Part shown: positions 18,962 to 28,794 of the stretch, in pieces | How the letters are laid out: every line of letters starts with the position of its first letter | Numbering within the stretch: position 1 is the stretch's first letter | Assembly: GCA_963849475.1 (NCBI GenBank) | Contig: CAWKHC010000005.1 | Coordinates: 164,903-228,902, forward strand | From: an uncultured Actinomycetota bacterium | GTDB lineage: Bacteria > Actinomycetota > Actinomycetes > Propionibacteriales > Nocardioidaceae | Length of the DNA stretch: 64,000 bases | Direction of reading: 5' to 3' | Made by a program: the position numbers and the translations under genes | Notes under the pieces: generated by a model | Database searches by the model: none | Told to the model about the DNA's origin: nothing | Seen by the model: the letters and a program-made list of their open reading frames with translations, nothing else

Positions 18962-19912
18962 CTAGACGACGGTGATCGTCACGTCCTGGCCGAGGGCTCG
19001 GGCCAGGATGCGCAGCCGTTCGGCCAGCACCCCCGTGGCCACCAGGGCCGCCGGCGAGGAGTCCTTGGCCCTGACCTCGATCACCCCCCCGACCAGCGTG
19101 GCATCCGCCAGCATCAGGTCGATGCCCTCACGTGCCAACCCGAGCAGATCGTCATCGGGCTCGGGCGTGGGGAACCCGCGAGTGTCACCGTGTCCTACGG
19201 CGATCAGCACGGCGTCCCGGGCGCCGAGGCCGAACATGTCGTCGCCTTCACCGCGGATCAGCGCGGTGGCTCCCCCGGCATCGTCGGCGATCCAGTCGGC
19301 GGGCAGACCGCGTACGACCACCACCGGGAGGCCACCAAGCTTGCCCGCGACCAGGTCAGCGGCGCCGGCGATCTCGTCGGCAACGGCCGGGGCTGTCACT
19401 GCGAGCACATTGCCGTACGCGTCCTCAACACCGTCGAACGACAGCAGCGGCGCGACGCCGGCAGCACCGATGGAGATATCGGTCTGGCCCATGCGCCAGG
19501 CGCGGCCGACCGTGTCAGTGATGACGACGCCGAGGCGCAGGCCAGTGATCTCTTGGAGGCGCACTCGGATCTCGCGGGCGGACCGGTCGGGGTCGGGGGG
19601 CAGTGGGATCACGGTGCCGAGCTCGACGTTGGAGGCGTCAATGCCGGCCGCCGCCAGGACCACACCGGAATGTGTTCGTACGATGCGTGTCTTTCCACGC
19701 CTGGCGACGACGCGGTCGGTCTCGGCATCGATCAGTGACTCGCGATCTCCAGCTGTCGCCAGTCCGGCGGCCTTGCTCACCACCTTGCTCGTGACGACCA
19801 GGACATCGCCGTCGGCAAGCGGCTCGGCAAGGTGGTCGACGATGATCTCAGCCAGGTCATCGCCGGCGACGATCTCGCCGATGCCGTCGACCGGCCAGAT
19901 CCGCAGAGTCAT
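18962..19912 (-). CDS. fbiB: Coenzyme F420-0:L-glutamate ligase (CofE domain plus a short C-terminal extension)
   Basis: GDDLA, VTSKVVSKA, AAAGIDASN, TDTVGRAWR.GQ, AVADEIA, DMF. Confidence 0.92.
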   Translation of the reverse strand: MTLRIWPVDGIGEIVAGDDLAEIIVDHLAEPLADGDVLVVTSKVVSKAAGLATAGDRESLIDAETDRVVARRGKTRIVRTHSGVVLAAAGIDASNVELGTVIPLPPDPDRSAREIRVRLQEITGLRLGVVITDTVGRAWRMGQTDISIGAAGVAPLLSFDGVEDAYGNVLAVTAPAVADEIAGAADLVAGKLGGLPVVVVRGLPADWIADDAGGATALIRGEGDDMFGLGARDAVLIAVGHGDTRGFPTPEPDDDLLGLAREGIDLMLADATLVGGVIEVRAKDSSPAALVATGVLAERLRILARALGQDVTITVV

Positions 19913-20865
19913 GTGGCGAACGCCAACGTGTCGCGAGCGAGCTGTGCGGTGGTCTCGTCGTCGCTCATGTAGAGCGGCACGGCCTTGGCCCGAATGCCAG
20001 CCTCCTCGATCGACCCCACCGCGGCAGCATCCGAGGTGTCGACCAACCACGAGTCGAGCACTCCCCCGTCACTGCGTGCGCCCAAGTGCTTGGCCACGCC
20101 GGTGGCGCTGATCTCGATACCGAGACCTTCGAGCAGCTGGTCAGCCATGCCGCGTACGGCGGCAGTGCCGATGATCGGCGAGACTCCGACGACCGGCGCG
20201 GGCGTCGTACGGACGGCGTCGGCGATCTCGTCGATCGAGAGGATCGCCCCGATCGACACGATGGGGTTGGACGGCGGAAGGATCACCAGGTCTGCGTTCG
20301 TGATCGCTTCGACCACGCCCGGTCCCGCCTTCGCGCCGGCAGCCCCGCGGAACTCGAGCTCACGGACCGGCACCTTGGCGCCGAGCCGGATCCAGTACTC
20401 CTGGAAGTGGATCGTGTCGATGCCATCCGTCCCGTCGACACCGATGTGCGTCTCGACCTCGTCCTCGGTCATCGGGAGCAGCCGTACGCCGGGCTGCCAG
20501 CGCTCGCACAGCCGGGCCGTGATCGCGGCGAGGCCGACTCCTTCGTGCAGGAGCTTCGTACGAATCAGGTGCGTGGCGAGATCGCGGTCGCCGAGTCCGA
20601 ACCAGGTCTCCTCGCCGTACGCACCGAGCTCTTCCTTGGCGTTCCAGGTCTCGTCGGTACGACCCCAGCGGCGTTCGGGATCGATGCCGTTGCCCAGCGT
20701 GTACATCACCGTGTCGAGGTCAGGACAGACCCGCATGCCGAACAGCCAGATGTCGTCGGCGGTGTTGCCGACCACCGTGATCTCGTCATCGGCGGACTTC
20801 GCGGCGAGCAGTCCCGACAAGAACTTGGCGCCGCCGACTCCGCCTGACAGCACCGTGATCTTCAT
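19909..20865 (-). CDS. fbiA: 2-phospho-L-lactate/PEP transferase (CofD)
   Basis: LSGGVGGAKF, CPDLDTVMY, WFGLGDRD, HFQEYW, PSNP.VSI. Confidence 0.95.
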   Translation of the reverse strand: MKITVLSGGVGGAKFLSGLLAAKSADDEITVVGNTADDIWLFGMRVCPDLDTVMYTLGNGIDPERRWGRTDETWNAKEELGAYGEETWFGLGDRDLATHLIRTKLLHEGVGLAAITARLCERWQPGVRLLPMTEDEVETHIGVDGTDGIDTIHFQEYWIRLGAKVPVRELEFRGAAGAKAGPGVVEAITNADLVILPPSNPIVSIGAILSIDEIADAVRTTPAPVVGVSPIIGTAAVRGMADQLLEGLGIEISATGVAKHLGARSDGGVLDSWLVDTSDAAAVGSIEEAGIRAKAVPLYMSDDETTAQLARDTLAFAT

Positions 20866-20885
20866 GGGGCCAGTCTGCCGGACGG

Positions 20886-22235
20886 TCAGGCGTCCTGAAG
20901 TGCCGCCTCGATGGCGCGATAGAACGTGGGGTAGGCGTAGATCGTGTTCAGCAGCGTTGCAACCGGGATCTCGGCACGTACGGCGAAGGCCAGCGCCGAG
21001 AGCGTCTCTCCTCCGGTCGGCCCGGCGCTCGTTGCACCGACGATGACGCCGCGGTCGGCGTCAATGATGATCTTGAGCAGTCCGTCGTTGCCGGCGGAGT
21101 GGAGCCAGCCACGGCTGCTCACCGGGATCTCGCCCGAACCAACCTTGACGTTGAGGCCCTTGTCGCGGGCCTGCTTCTCGGTGAGACCCACACCGCCGAC
21201 CTCGGGATCGGTGAACGTGACACGCGGGAAGCTCGAGTCGTACTCCTCCAGCGGCTTGCCGAGGATCGCCTTGACAACCCGCTCGGCGTGATACATCGAG
21301 ACGTGCGTGAACGCGCCACGCCCGACGATGTCGCCGATCGCCCAGAGACCATCCTTGACCTTCATCGAGTCATCGACCTCGAGCGTCCGCTCGGCCTTGA
21401 GTCCGACGCTGTCGAGACCGATGTCGTCGATGCGCGACTTGCGACCGGCAGCGATCAGGAGCTGATCAGCCTCGTACTTGGTGTCGCCACAGGTCACGGT
21501 GAAGCGTGCGCCGTCGTGGTCGACGCGGTCGATCTCCACGCCCGCATGCACGGCAATGCCCTCTGCCTCGAACACCTTGGCCAGCAGCGCCGACGACTCG
21601 GGCTCCTCCGGCGCGAGAATACGCGGGGCAGCTTCGAGCACCGTGACCTGCGAGTCGAACCGTGAGAACGCCTGAGCCAGCTCGAGGCCGATCGCGCCTG
21701 CGCCGATCACGATCAGCGAGCCCGGCACCGACTCGGCGCTGAGGGCCTCGCGGTTGGTCCAGTACGGGGTGCCGGCGAGTCCGTCGATCGGGGGCACCGA
21801 GGCCGTGGTGCCGGTGTTGAGGACGACGCCCTTCGAGGCAACGTACGTCTCGCCGTCGACCTCGACCGTACGATCGCCGACGAGCCGGCCGTGGCCGCGT
21901 ACAAGGGTGGCGCCTGCGTCGGTGACCCGCTTGGCGGCGACGGTGTCGTCCCAGTTGTCGGTTGCCTCGTCGCGGATGCGCTTGGCCACCGGCGCGAAGT
22001 CCGGCGTGACCGATACGCCACCGGCCAGCTGCTCGACGCGTCTCGCCTCGGCCAACGCGTTACCGGCGCGGATGAACATCTTGGACGGGATGCATCCCCA
22101 GTACGGGCACTCGCCTCCGACCAGCTCTGCCTCGACAGCGACGACCTTCAGCCCTGCTTCGGCCAGTCGGGCGACGACCACCTCGCCACCGGGACCGAGG
22201 CCGACGACAACAACGTCACATTCATGAGATGCCAT
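20886..22235 (-). CDS. Flavoprotein disulfide reductase (Lpd/MerA-like family)
   Basis: GLGPGG, GGECPYWGCIPSK, GAGAIGLE, FTDPE; C-terminal YAYPT. Confidence 0.88.
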   Translation of the reverse strand: MASHECDVVVVGLGPGGEVVVARLAEAGLKVVAVEAELVGGECPYWGCIPSKMFIRAGNALAEARRVEQLAGGVSVTPDFAPVAKRIRDEATDNWDDTVAAKRVTDAGATLVRGHGRLVGDRTVEVDGETYVASKGVVLNTGTTASVPPIDGLAGTPYWTNREALSAESVPGSLIVIGAGAIGLELAQAFSRFDSQVTVLEAAPRILAPEEPESSALLAKVFEAEGIAVHAGVEIDRVDHDGARFTVTCGDTKYEADQLLIAAGRKSRIDDIGLDSVGLKAERTLEVDDSMKVKDGLWAIGDIVGRGAFTHVSMYHAERVVKAILGKPLEEYDSSFPRVTFTDPEVGGVGLTEKQARDKGLNVKVGSGEIPVSSRGWLHSAGNDGLLKIIIDADRGVIVGATSAGPTGGETLSALAFAVRAEIPVATLLNTIYAYPTFYRAIEAALQDA

Positions 22236-22292
22236 GCCAGCATCCTCGGGCATCTCGGTCGAGGCCGCCAGATGACAGCGCTGACGAGACGA

Positions 22293-23555
22293 CTAGCGGA
22301 TGGAGAGCAGACGCGCTGGATTGATGATCCCGTAGCCCGAACGGTCGTCGCGGCCCTGCTCCTGGATGTCCGTGGCAGTGCTCTGGAGCCGACTGCGCAC
22401 GGTGGACTGTTTCCAACCCTTCCCGAGCTGCTCGATCTTCAGCGCTGCAGCGGCCGCCGTGTAGGGCGTCGCCATCGACGTACCAGAGAGGTAGCAGTAC
22501 CCGCTACCGGCTTGGCAGCCGAGCTGTGAGCTCGGATTGCCGATCATGGTCGACACGATGCTGGATCCGGGAGCGACCACGTCCACGTATTCCCCGCAAT
22601 TGGAGTAGCTGGCCACTGACCCGTCGGAGTTGATCGCTCCCACGGCGAGCACGTTGGGATACTCGGCCGGATAGCTGTGGGGCGGACCGCCGAGACCGAG
22701 CAGCCCACCGCCACCGCCAAGACCGAGCAGCCCGCCGCCACCGCAGCCGTCGTTCCCGGCAGCTGCGACAACCACGACATTCTTGGAGACCGCGTAGGCG
22801 ATGGCCTGCTGCCCGGCCGTGTCGCTCTGACTCGATCCCAAGGAAAGGTTGATGACCTTGGCGCCGGCCTTCACGGCCCAGATGATCCCCTTGGCCACAT
22901 CGTCTGAGGAGCCCTCGCCTCGGTTGTCAAGCACACGAACCGGGAGGATTCGTGACGAGGGCGCCAGACCGGCGATGCCACGCTTGTTGTTGGCAACCGC
23001 GGAAATGATTCCGGCCACGTGGGTGCCGTGGCCGTTCTCGTCGCTGGCCGACGTGCCGGGAGCGACGAAATCCCTGCCTGCCAGCACGTGACCCTTGAGA
23101 TCAGCATGATTCGCCTGAACGCCGGTGTCGACGACTGCGACGACCACCCCTCGACCTGTCGCCTTCTTCCAGACCTTCTCAGCGCCGAATCGCGACATCG
23201 CCCATTGCCTCGATCGATAAGGATCGTTGGTCGCAGCCATCCGCACCGTATGGGCGATGTCCACGCCGACCGTTGAGCTCTTGCCAAGCGCTGACGTGAT
23301 CAGGGACAAAGCCCCGGCGCGACTGGGCGCGACCACCGAAGAGATCTCCGGTGCGTCACTGGTCCGTGACGTGACGACAACCTTCAAAGGTTCGCCGGGA
23401 ACCGCGGTGGCGAGGATGGAGCGAGCCTGTGCAAGGAGGTCGCTGACCGGATCAGCGTGCGCTCCGGTGTTGGTCGTCGCGACAAGGCTCGACGCGAGAA
23501 CACCTGCGATGGCAACGCGTCGCCATGTGGCTCTGAACGTGTGAATCAGCTGCAC
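22293..23555 (-). CDS. Secreted S8 subtilisin-like serine peptidase
   Basis: VDTG, HGTHVAG, AAGN, SGTSMATP; GTG start after GAGGAG. Confidence 0.93.
   Translation of the reverse strand: MQLIHTFRATWRRVAIAGVLASSLVATTNTGAHADPVSDLLAQARSILATAVPGEPLKVVVTSRTSDAPEISSVVAPSRAGALSLITSALGKSSTVGVDIAHTVRMAATNDPYRSRQWAMSRFGAEKVWKKATGRGVVVAVVDTGVQANHADLKGHVLAGRDFVAPGTSASDENGHGTHVAGIISAVANNKRGIAGLAPSSRILPVRVLDNRGEGSSDDVAKGIIWAVKAGAKVINLSLGSSQSDTAGQQAIAYAVSKNVVVVAAAGNDGCGGGGLLGLGGGGGLLGLGGPPHSYPAEYPNVLAVGAINSDGSVASYSNCGEYVDVVAPGSSIVSTMIGNPSSQLGCQAGSGYCYLSGTSMATPYTAAAAALKIEQLGKGWKQSTVRSRLQSTATDIQEQGRDDRSGYGIINPARLLSIR
22687..22740. repeat. 27-bp tandem duplication inside the S8 gene (GGGGLLGLG twice)
   Basis: CCGCCGAGACCGAGCAGCCCACCGCCA / CCGCCAAGACCGAGCAGCCCGCCGCCA. 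Confidence 0.85.
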
Positions 23556-23611
23556 TTGCGCTCTCCTCGTCGTTCCCCGTACCCACGTCAACGACCCAAC
23601 GTCGTGGCGAG

Positions 23612-24580
23612 TTACGTGAAGGGACGTGGTCCGTGCGTGTTGAGAAAGAGAATGGGCCCGGGAATGCCGCCATCCAGGATCGCTGCCAGCGCCTTGGCCG
23701 TGTAGACCGGTTCGAGCTGTAGACCGGCGACGCGGCCGGCAAGGGACAGCGCCTCGGCGCCCTCCGCGGTCGTCGCGCCGTACGTCTCGCCCATCCAGTC
23801 CGGCGTCGTCGTGAGGTCGTCGGGACCGATGACGATGTCGCCGATGTCGGCACCTCGTGCCCGCAACAGGTCGGCCGTCTGGGTGGCGAGCCGGCTCGTC
23901 GTCACGTCGTCGAGCCTGAGTGAGTCGTTGACGACGGCGCCAAACACCCGGGTCGACAGGCCCGCGAGCCGCAGCCCGAGCGCCAGGCCTGCCGTGGTGC
24001 CGCCTGAACCAACGGCCACGACGACCGTTGCCGGCTCTGGCAACTCACCTGCGGCGACCTGCTCGGCGATCTCGAATGCCGCCTCGACATATCCGAGGCT
24101 GCCGACCGGGGACGAGCCGCCGGCCGGGAGGTAGTACGGAAATCGGTGCCGGGCCAGGATCATCGGCGCCGCGAGCTTGAGCCGACCGACCGACGGGTAG
24201 CGATAGATCGTCGCGCCCGAGGCATCGAGTCGTGCCGTCTGCTCTCGTACGTGGTCGTCGATCGGTTGGGCGACGAGACCCAGGACGGTGTTGAGCCCGT
24301 GCTCGCGTCCGTACAGAGCGGCGGCAAGGCCCCAGTGGGTGCCGATCCCGCCGACCGTGAACATCGTCTTCTTCTTGCGGCGGTGCGCCTCGGGGATGAT
24401 CCATTCGAGCTTGCGCACCTTGTTGCCGCCCCAACCGCCATCGCCGAACGTGCTCTCGTCCTTGAGCCACACTTCCTGCGGTGTCCCGAGCCCGTCGAGG
24501 CGACGTACGGGGGTCGGGCTCATGCCCAGCCTGACGTGCGGCAGATCGGCGTCGGGAAAGCGTTCGCCCAGAAGAGACAT
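23612..24580 (-). CDS. PLP-dependent ACC deaminase / D-cysteine desulfhydrase family protein
   Basis: PTPV, GGNKVRKLE, GSGGT, LEPVYTAK. Confidence 0.88.
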   Translation of the reverse strand: MSLLGERFPDADLPHVRLGMSPTPVRRLDGLGTPQEVWLKDESTFGDGGWGGNKVRKLEWIIPEAHRRKKKTMFTVGGIGTHWGLAAALYGREHGLNTVLGLVAQPIDDHVREQTARLDASGATIYRYPSVGRLKLAAPMILARHRFPYYLPAGGSSPVGSLGYVEAAFEIAEQVAAGELPEPATVVVAVGSGGTTAGLALGLRLAGLSTRVFGAVVNDSLRLDDVTTSRLATQTADLLRARGADIGDIVIGPDDLTTTPDWMGETYGATTAEGAEALSLAGRVAGLQLEPVYTAKALAAILDGGIPGPILFLNTHGPRPFT

Positions 24581-24613
24581 GCCCTCACCGTAGATGGCGA
24601 TATCGTGCGTGGC

Positions 24614-25420
24614 ATGGCGGGAACCCGAGCGAGTGACGCCGATCGCGACCTGTGCCTCAACGAGATCGAGTCCGCGTTCGCCGATGGTCGGATCGACGAC
24701 GCGGAGCGCGAAGCTCGTACGCAGGCCGCACTTCAGGCCAAGACCCTCGACGAGCTTGCCCAGCTGACCTCTGACCTCCGCCCGCCCGGCGCCCAGCGAC
24801 TCACCAGTGCACTGTCCACGGCAACGGTCCCCAAGGGTCTGCTGACGAAGGTGCTGATCGGGGCCCTCGTCCCGGCCATCGCGTCGATCATCATCTGGAT
24901 CGCCGCGTCCTCCGGCAATGACTCACCGCCGGCGAGCTCGGTCGACACCACCGAACCCAACCTCAGCAACCAGCCCGGCGACACGCTCAAGCTCCACAGC
25001 GCCGCGGGCTTCAAGGAGTTCGTCACGGCCACCCGGTCGGCATTCGGTACGACCACCGTCGAGTCGGCGGCGATCTATCCCGACTACGCCAGCGTCAACA
25101 TCGTCGTACCCGACAACCCACGTCGAACTGAGCGTTGGTCGTTCCGCGAGGGCTATGACGGCGACCCGAGCAAGGGCACCCGTCGTGGCGAGGACATCGT
25201 CGTCGACATGTCGGCCATCAACATCGCGGCCCTGATCGACGCGATCAAGCGCGCCCCGAGCGAGCTCAACGTCAAGGACGCCAAGTCGATCTACGTCGTC
25301 CTCGGCGACCGGGACGATCTTCCGGCGATGTCGGTCTACGTCTCCAACGAGTACAGCGAGACCGGCTACTACGACTTCACCCTCGAGGGCAAAGAGACGT
25401 TCCGCTACCCGTTCAAGTAG
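24614..25420 (+). CDS. DUF1707 (SHOCT-like) membrane-anchored protein
   Basis: RASDADRD...AFADGRID..E...R...A.T..EL..L..DL, followed by a TM. Confidence 0.82.
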   Translation: MAGTRASDADRDLCLNEIESAFADGRIDDAEREARTQAALQAKTLDELAQLTSDLRPPGAQRLTSALSTATVPKGLLTKVLIGALVPAIASIIIWIAASSGNDSPPASSVDTTEPNLSNQPGDTLKLHSAAGFKEFVTATRSAFGTTTVESAAIYPDYASVNIVVPDNPRRTERWSFREGYDGDPSKGTRRGEDIVVDMSAINIAALIDAIKRAPSELNVKDAKSIYVVLGDRDDLPAMSVYVSNEYSETGYYDFTLEGKETFRYPFK

Positions 25421-25877
25421 GCCTGTCCTCGAGGTGGAGGCGCCAGCGGTCCACGCTGAACGCAATCAGCGCCCAGGTCGCAAGGGCTGAAGCCCACAGC
25501 CCGAACGCCGCTGCCTTACCGCCCGGCAGCTCGGGCCCGAACCCGATGTTCAGCAACGAGAACTCAGGGATGTCGACACCCTTCCACCACACGACGCCCA
25601 GCGCGAACAGCCAGACACCGCCGAGAACGCTCAGGACGATGCGGGGCACCGTGGCGACGCCGTACTTCGCGGCGTCGATGGCACGTTTCTCGACGAATCC
25701 CCGCGTCTTCTGCGCCCACACGTAGCGCCGCGACAGCAGAGCGACTCCTCCGGCGACGATCAGCATGCCGGGACCGGGCAGAGGCATCAGGATGATGCCG
25801 AGCGGGATGAGGATCCAGCCGAGGATCTCGAGGCCGACATTCTGAAACCACGTCTTCACGGCGTGCCCGAGACTCAT
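25413..25877 (-). CDS. PGPGW-domain membrane protein
   Basis: GIILMPLPGPGML...LLSRRY.WA. Confidence 0.8.
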   Translation of the reverse strand: MSLGHAVKTWFQNVGLEILGWILIPLGIILMPLPGPGMLIVAGGVALLSRRYVWAQKTRGFVEKRAIDAAKYGVATVPRIVLSVLGGVWLFALGVVWWKGVDIPEFSLLNIGFGPELPGGKAAAFGLWASALATWALIAFSVDRWRLHLEDRPT

Positions 25878-25945
25878 GGCCTCAAGCATGCCAGCACGTC
25901 GCAATTGAGATGGCGCAACCCACCACCCCGCGAAACACTTGTGGA

Positions 25946-27253
25946 ATGAACAAAGCCGCCGCACTCCTGGACCTTGCCGAAGAGACTCTCGGCCTCAAGC
26001 TGCCGATCCGCCTGCGGGCGTGGGACGGCAGCGAAGCCGGTGAGCCCGGAGCGCCGGTCGTGGTGATCCGCAACAAGCGGGCACTGCGGCACGTCATCTG
26101 GAAGCCGGGTGAGCTCGGCGTCGCCCGCGCGTACGTCCAGGGCGACCTTGACATCGAGGGCGATCTCGGCGAGGGACTCCGGGCGATGTGGGCCGCCGTA
26201 CGCGACGCCCGAGCAGCCGATGGAAGCGCCGGACGACCGAAGATCGGGCCCAAGCAGGCAGCGAAAGCGGTGGCGCTCGCCGTACGTCTCGGTGCGATCG
26301 GACGACGCCCCGCCGCTCCCGATGCCGAGTCCAACCTGACCGGCGAGCTGCACAGCAAGGAGCGCGACCAGGCCGCGATCTCGCACCACTACGACCTGTC
26401 GAACGATTTCTACGAGCTGATCCTCGACCCCAACATGGCCTACTCCAGCGGCTTCCATGTCGCACCCGATATGTCGCTCGAGGAGGCTCAGACCGCCAAG
26501 CTCCACCTGATCTGCCGCAAGCTGGGCCTCGAGCCGGGCATGCGGATGGTCGACATCGGCTCGGGCTGGGGTTCGCTCACCCTCTTCGCCGCCGAGCACT
26601 ACGGTGTCCACGTCACCGGCGTGACGCTGTCCTCGGAGCAGCGCGACTACGTCATGAAGAAGGCCGCCGAACGCGGGCTCGAGGACCGCGTCGAGGTCAG
26701 CCTCCGCCACTTCCGCGACCTGCGTGAGTCGGGCGTCAACGACAACGGCATCGATGCCATCGCGTCGATCGAGATGGGCGAGCACGTCGGCGACAAGGAG
26801 TACGTCGTGTTCACCGAGTCGATCCACCGCTACCTGCGTCCCGGTGGGCGCGTCCTGATCCAGCAGATGTCGCGCAGCAACGATGCGGTCGGCGACCGTC
26901 CCGGCGGCGGGCCGTTCATCGAGACCTACATCGCCCCCGACATGCACATGAAGCCGCTCGCCAAGACGATTGGTCTCATCGCCGGAGCCGGTCTCGAGAT
27001 CCGCGACGTGCAGGCGATGCGCGAGCACTACCCGCAGACCGTCGCCGGCTGGGCCGCGAACCTCGAGAGCAACTGGTCCACCGCCGTTGCCCTGATCGGT
27101 GAGGAGAACGCGCGCGTATGGCGGCTCTACCTCGTCGGCGGAGCGCTCGCGTTCGAGGAGAACCGGATGGGTGTCGACCAGATCCTCGCGGTCAAGCCCA
27201 GCGTCAACGGCGTGAGCGATATGCCGTCGTCGCCGCTATCTTGGCTGGCATGA
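25946..27253 (+). CDS. cfa: Cyclopropane-fatty-acyl-phospholipid synthase family methyltransferase
   Basis: ELGVARAYV, ISHHYDLSNDFY, DIGSGWG, EMGEHVG, REHY, RVWRLYL. Confidence 0.92.
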   Translation: MNKAAALLDLAEETLGLKLPIRLRAWDGSEAGEPGAPVVVIRNKRALRHVIWKPGELGVARAYVQGDLDIEGDLGEGLRAMWAAVRDARAADGSAGRPKIGPKQAAKAVALAVRLGAIGRRPAAPDAESNLTGELHSKERDQAAISHHYDLSNDFYELILDPNMAYSSGFHVAPDMSLEEAQTAKLHLICRKLGLEPGMRMVDIGSGWGSLTLFAAEHYGVHVTGVTLSSEQRDYVMKKAAERGLEDRVEVSLRHFRDLRESGVNDNGIDAIASIEMGEHVGDKEYVVFTESIHRYLRPGGRVLIQQMSRSNDAVGDRPGGGPFIETYIAPDMHMKPLAKTIGLIAGAGLEIRDVQAMREHYPQTVAGWAANLESNWSTAVALIGEENARVWRLYLVGGALAFEENRMGVDQILAVKPSVNGVSDMPSSPLSWLA

Positions 27254-28054
27254 CGCCCAACGACCTTTCCCAGTCCGTCACGCAGCCTCGCCGGGGGCCT
27301 CGGCGTCGTCATCGCCTTCATGGGCATCGGCCTGGCGATCGCGCAGCACAAGAAGAAGCTGACAGTCGTCGACACCATGTGGGGCATTGGCTTCGTCCTG
27401 GTCGCACTCGAGACCGCATTGATCGCCTCAGGTGGGGACGGCGACCCAAAACTGCGCTGGATCCTGCTCGGAATGACGGCCGTGTGGGGATTGCGTCTCT
27501 CGTGGCACCTGCACCGGCGCAACTCCAAGGCGCCCGAGGATCCTCGGTACGCCGAGCTGGCCGAGGCCGATGGGCGACCCTTCGTCCGGGTGGCACTCAT
27601 GCGGGTCTTCGTCCCGCAGGGCATCGCGATGTGGTTGGTCGCGACCCCGATCATGGTCGGCGCCAACAACGAGGACACCACCTGGTGGGTCGTCGCCCTC
27701 GGCCTCGCCGTCTTCACGCTCGGCAACGTCTTCGAAGGAGTGGGCGACGCACAGCTGGCTGCCTTCAAGAGTGATCCAGCCAACAAGGGCAAGCTGATGG
27801 ACCAGGGGCTGTGGCGCTACACCCGCCACCCCAACTACTTCGGTGACGCGTGCGTGTGGACCGGCATCTGGATCGTGGCGGCAAGCTCATGGGCAGGACT
27901 GGCAACCGTCATCAGCCCCATCGCCATGACGATCTTCCTGACGAAGGTCACCGGTGCAGCCCTCAACGAAAAGGGCATGAAGAAGAGCAAGCCCGGCTAC
28001 GACGAGTACGTACGCCGCACCAGCGGGTTCATCCCGTGGAAGCCGAAGGACTAG
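27250..28054 (+). CDS. DUF1295 (steroid 5-alpha-reductase-like) membrane protein, with an apparent frameshift near 27283
   Basis: VDTMWG, WGLRL, EDPRY, GLWRYTRHPNYFG. The ATG coupled to the cfa stop is out of frame with the body; fallback ATG at 27320. Confidence 0.85.
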
Positions 28055-28740
28055 CTGGACACAAAGATGTGCGAGGCGGCTTCGGAGTCGATCTCCGCGG
28101 TCTCACCCTGACGGGCCACGATCACACCGTCATGACCCTGTGAGACGAGCACGTCATTGCCCGGCAGCGCTCCGACGCGACGCAGGACCGACATGACCTC
28201 GGTGTCCTTCTGGAGCTCTTCGACGATCCGGCGGACCACCAGGCGTACGGGTTCGGTCGCTCCGATGATCGCCTTGGTCATGGGCAGGACTCCGTCGAGG
28301 AACTCGGCATCCTCGCCGGTCTCGCCGAGCTCTGAGAGCCCCGGGATCGGGTTGCCGTACGGCGACTCGTTGGGGTGATCGAGCAGCTCGACCAGACGAC
28401 GCTCGACCTGCTCGGACATGACGTGCTCCCAGCGGCATGCTTCTTCGTGCACGAACTCGATCTCTAGACCGATGATGTCGGTGAGCAGCCGCTCGGCGAG
28501 GCGGTGCTTGCGCATCACACGGGTGGCGAGCTGGCGACCCTTGGGTGACAGCTCGAGGTGACGATCGCCCTCGACCGTGAGCAGGCCATCGCGTTCCATG
28601 CGGGCAACGGTCTGGCTGACAGTCGGTCCGCTCTGGTGCAGGCGCTCGGCGATGCGAGCACGCAGAGGAATGATGCCCTCTTCCTCGAGCTCGTAGACCG
28701 TGCGGAGATACATCTCAGTGGTGTCAATCAGGTCGCTCAC
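28051..28740 (-). CDS. ideR: Iron-dependent repressor, DtxR/IdeR family
   Basis: DLIDTTEMYLR, QSGPTVSQTVARMERDG, MRKHRLAERLL, EACRWEHV, SPYGNPIPGL. Confidence 0.96.
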   Translation of the reverse strand: MSDLIDTTEMYLRTVYELEEEGIIPLRARIAERLHQSGPTVSQTVARMERDGLLTVEGDRHLELSPKGRQLATRVMRKHRLAERLLTDIIGLEIEFVHEEACRWEHVMSEQVERRLVELLDHPNESPYGNPIPGLSELGETGEDAEFLDGVLPMTKAIIGATEPVRLVVRRIVEELQKDTEVMSVLRRVGALPGNDVLVSQGHDGVIVARQGETAEIDSEAASHIFVSS

Positions 28741-28794
28741 GCCCCTATTGTTCCACGTTGTGCGAGACAGGCTCTCAGCCCTGAGGATGTACTC

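Noticed and set aside
18951-18967. Third cassette-type site at the fbiB stop (GCGGGTCTAGAC)
   Set aside because: The match to GCGG(G)CTTRGC is too weak to count.
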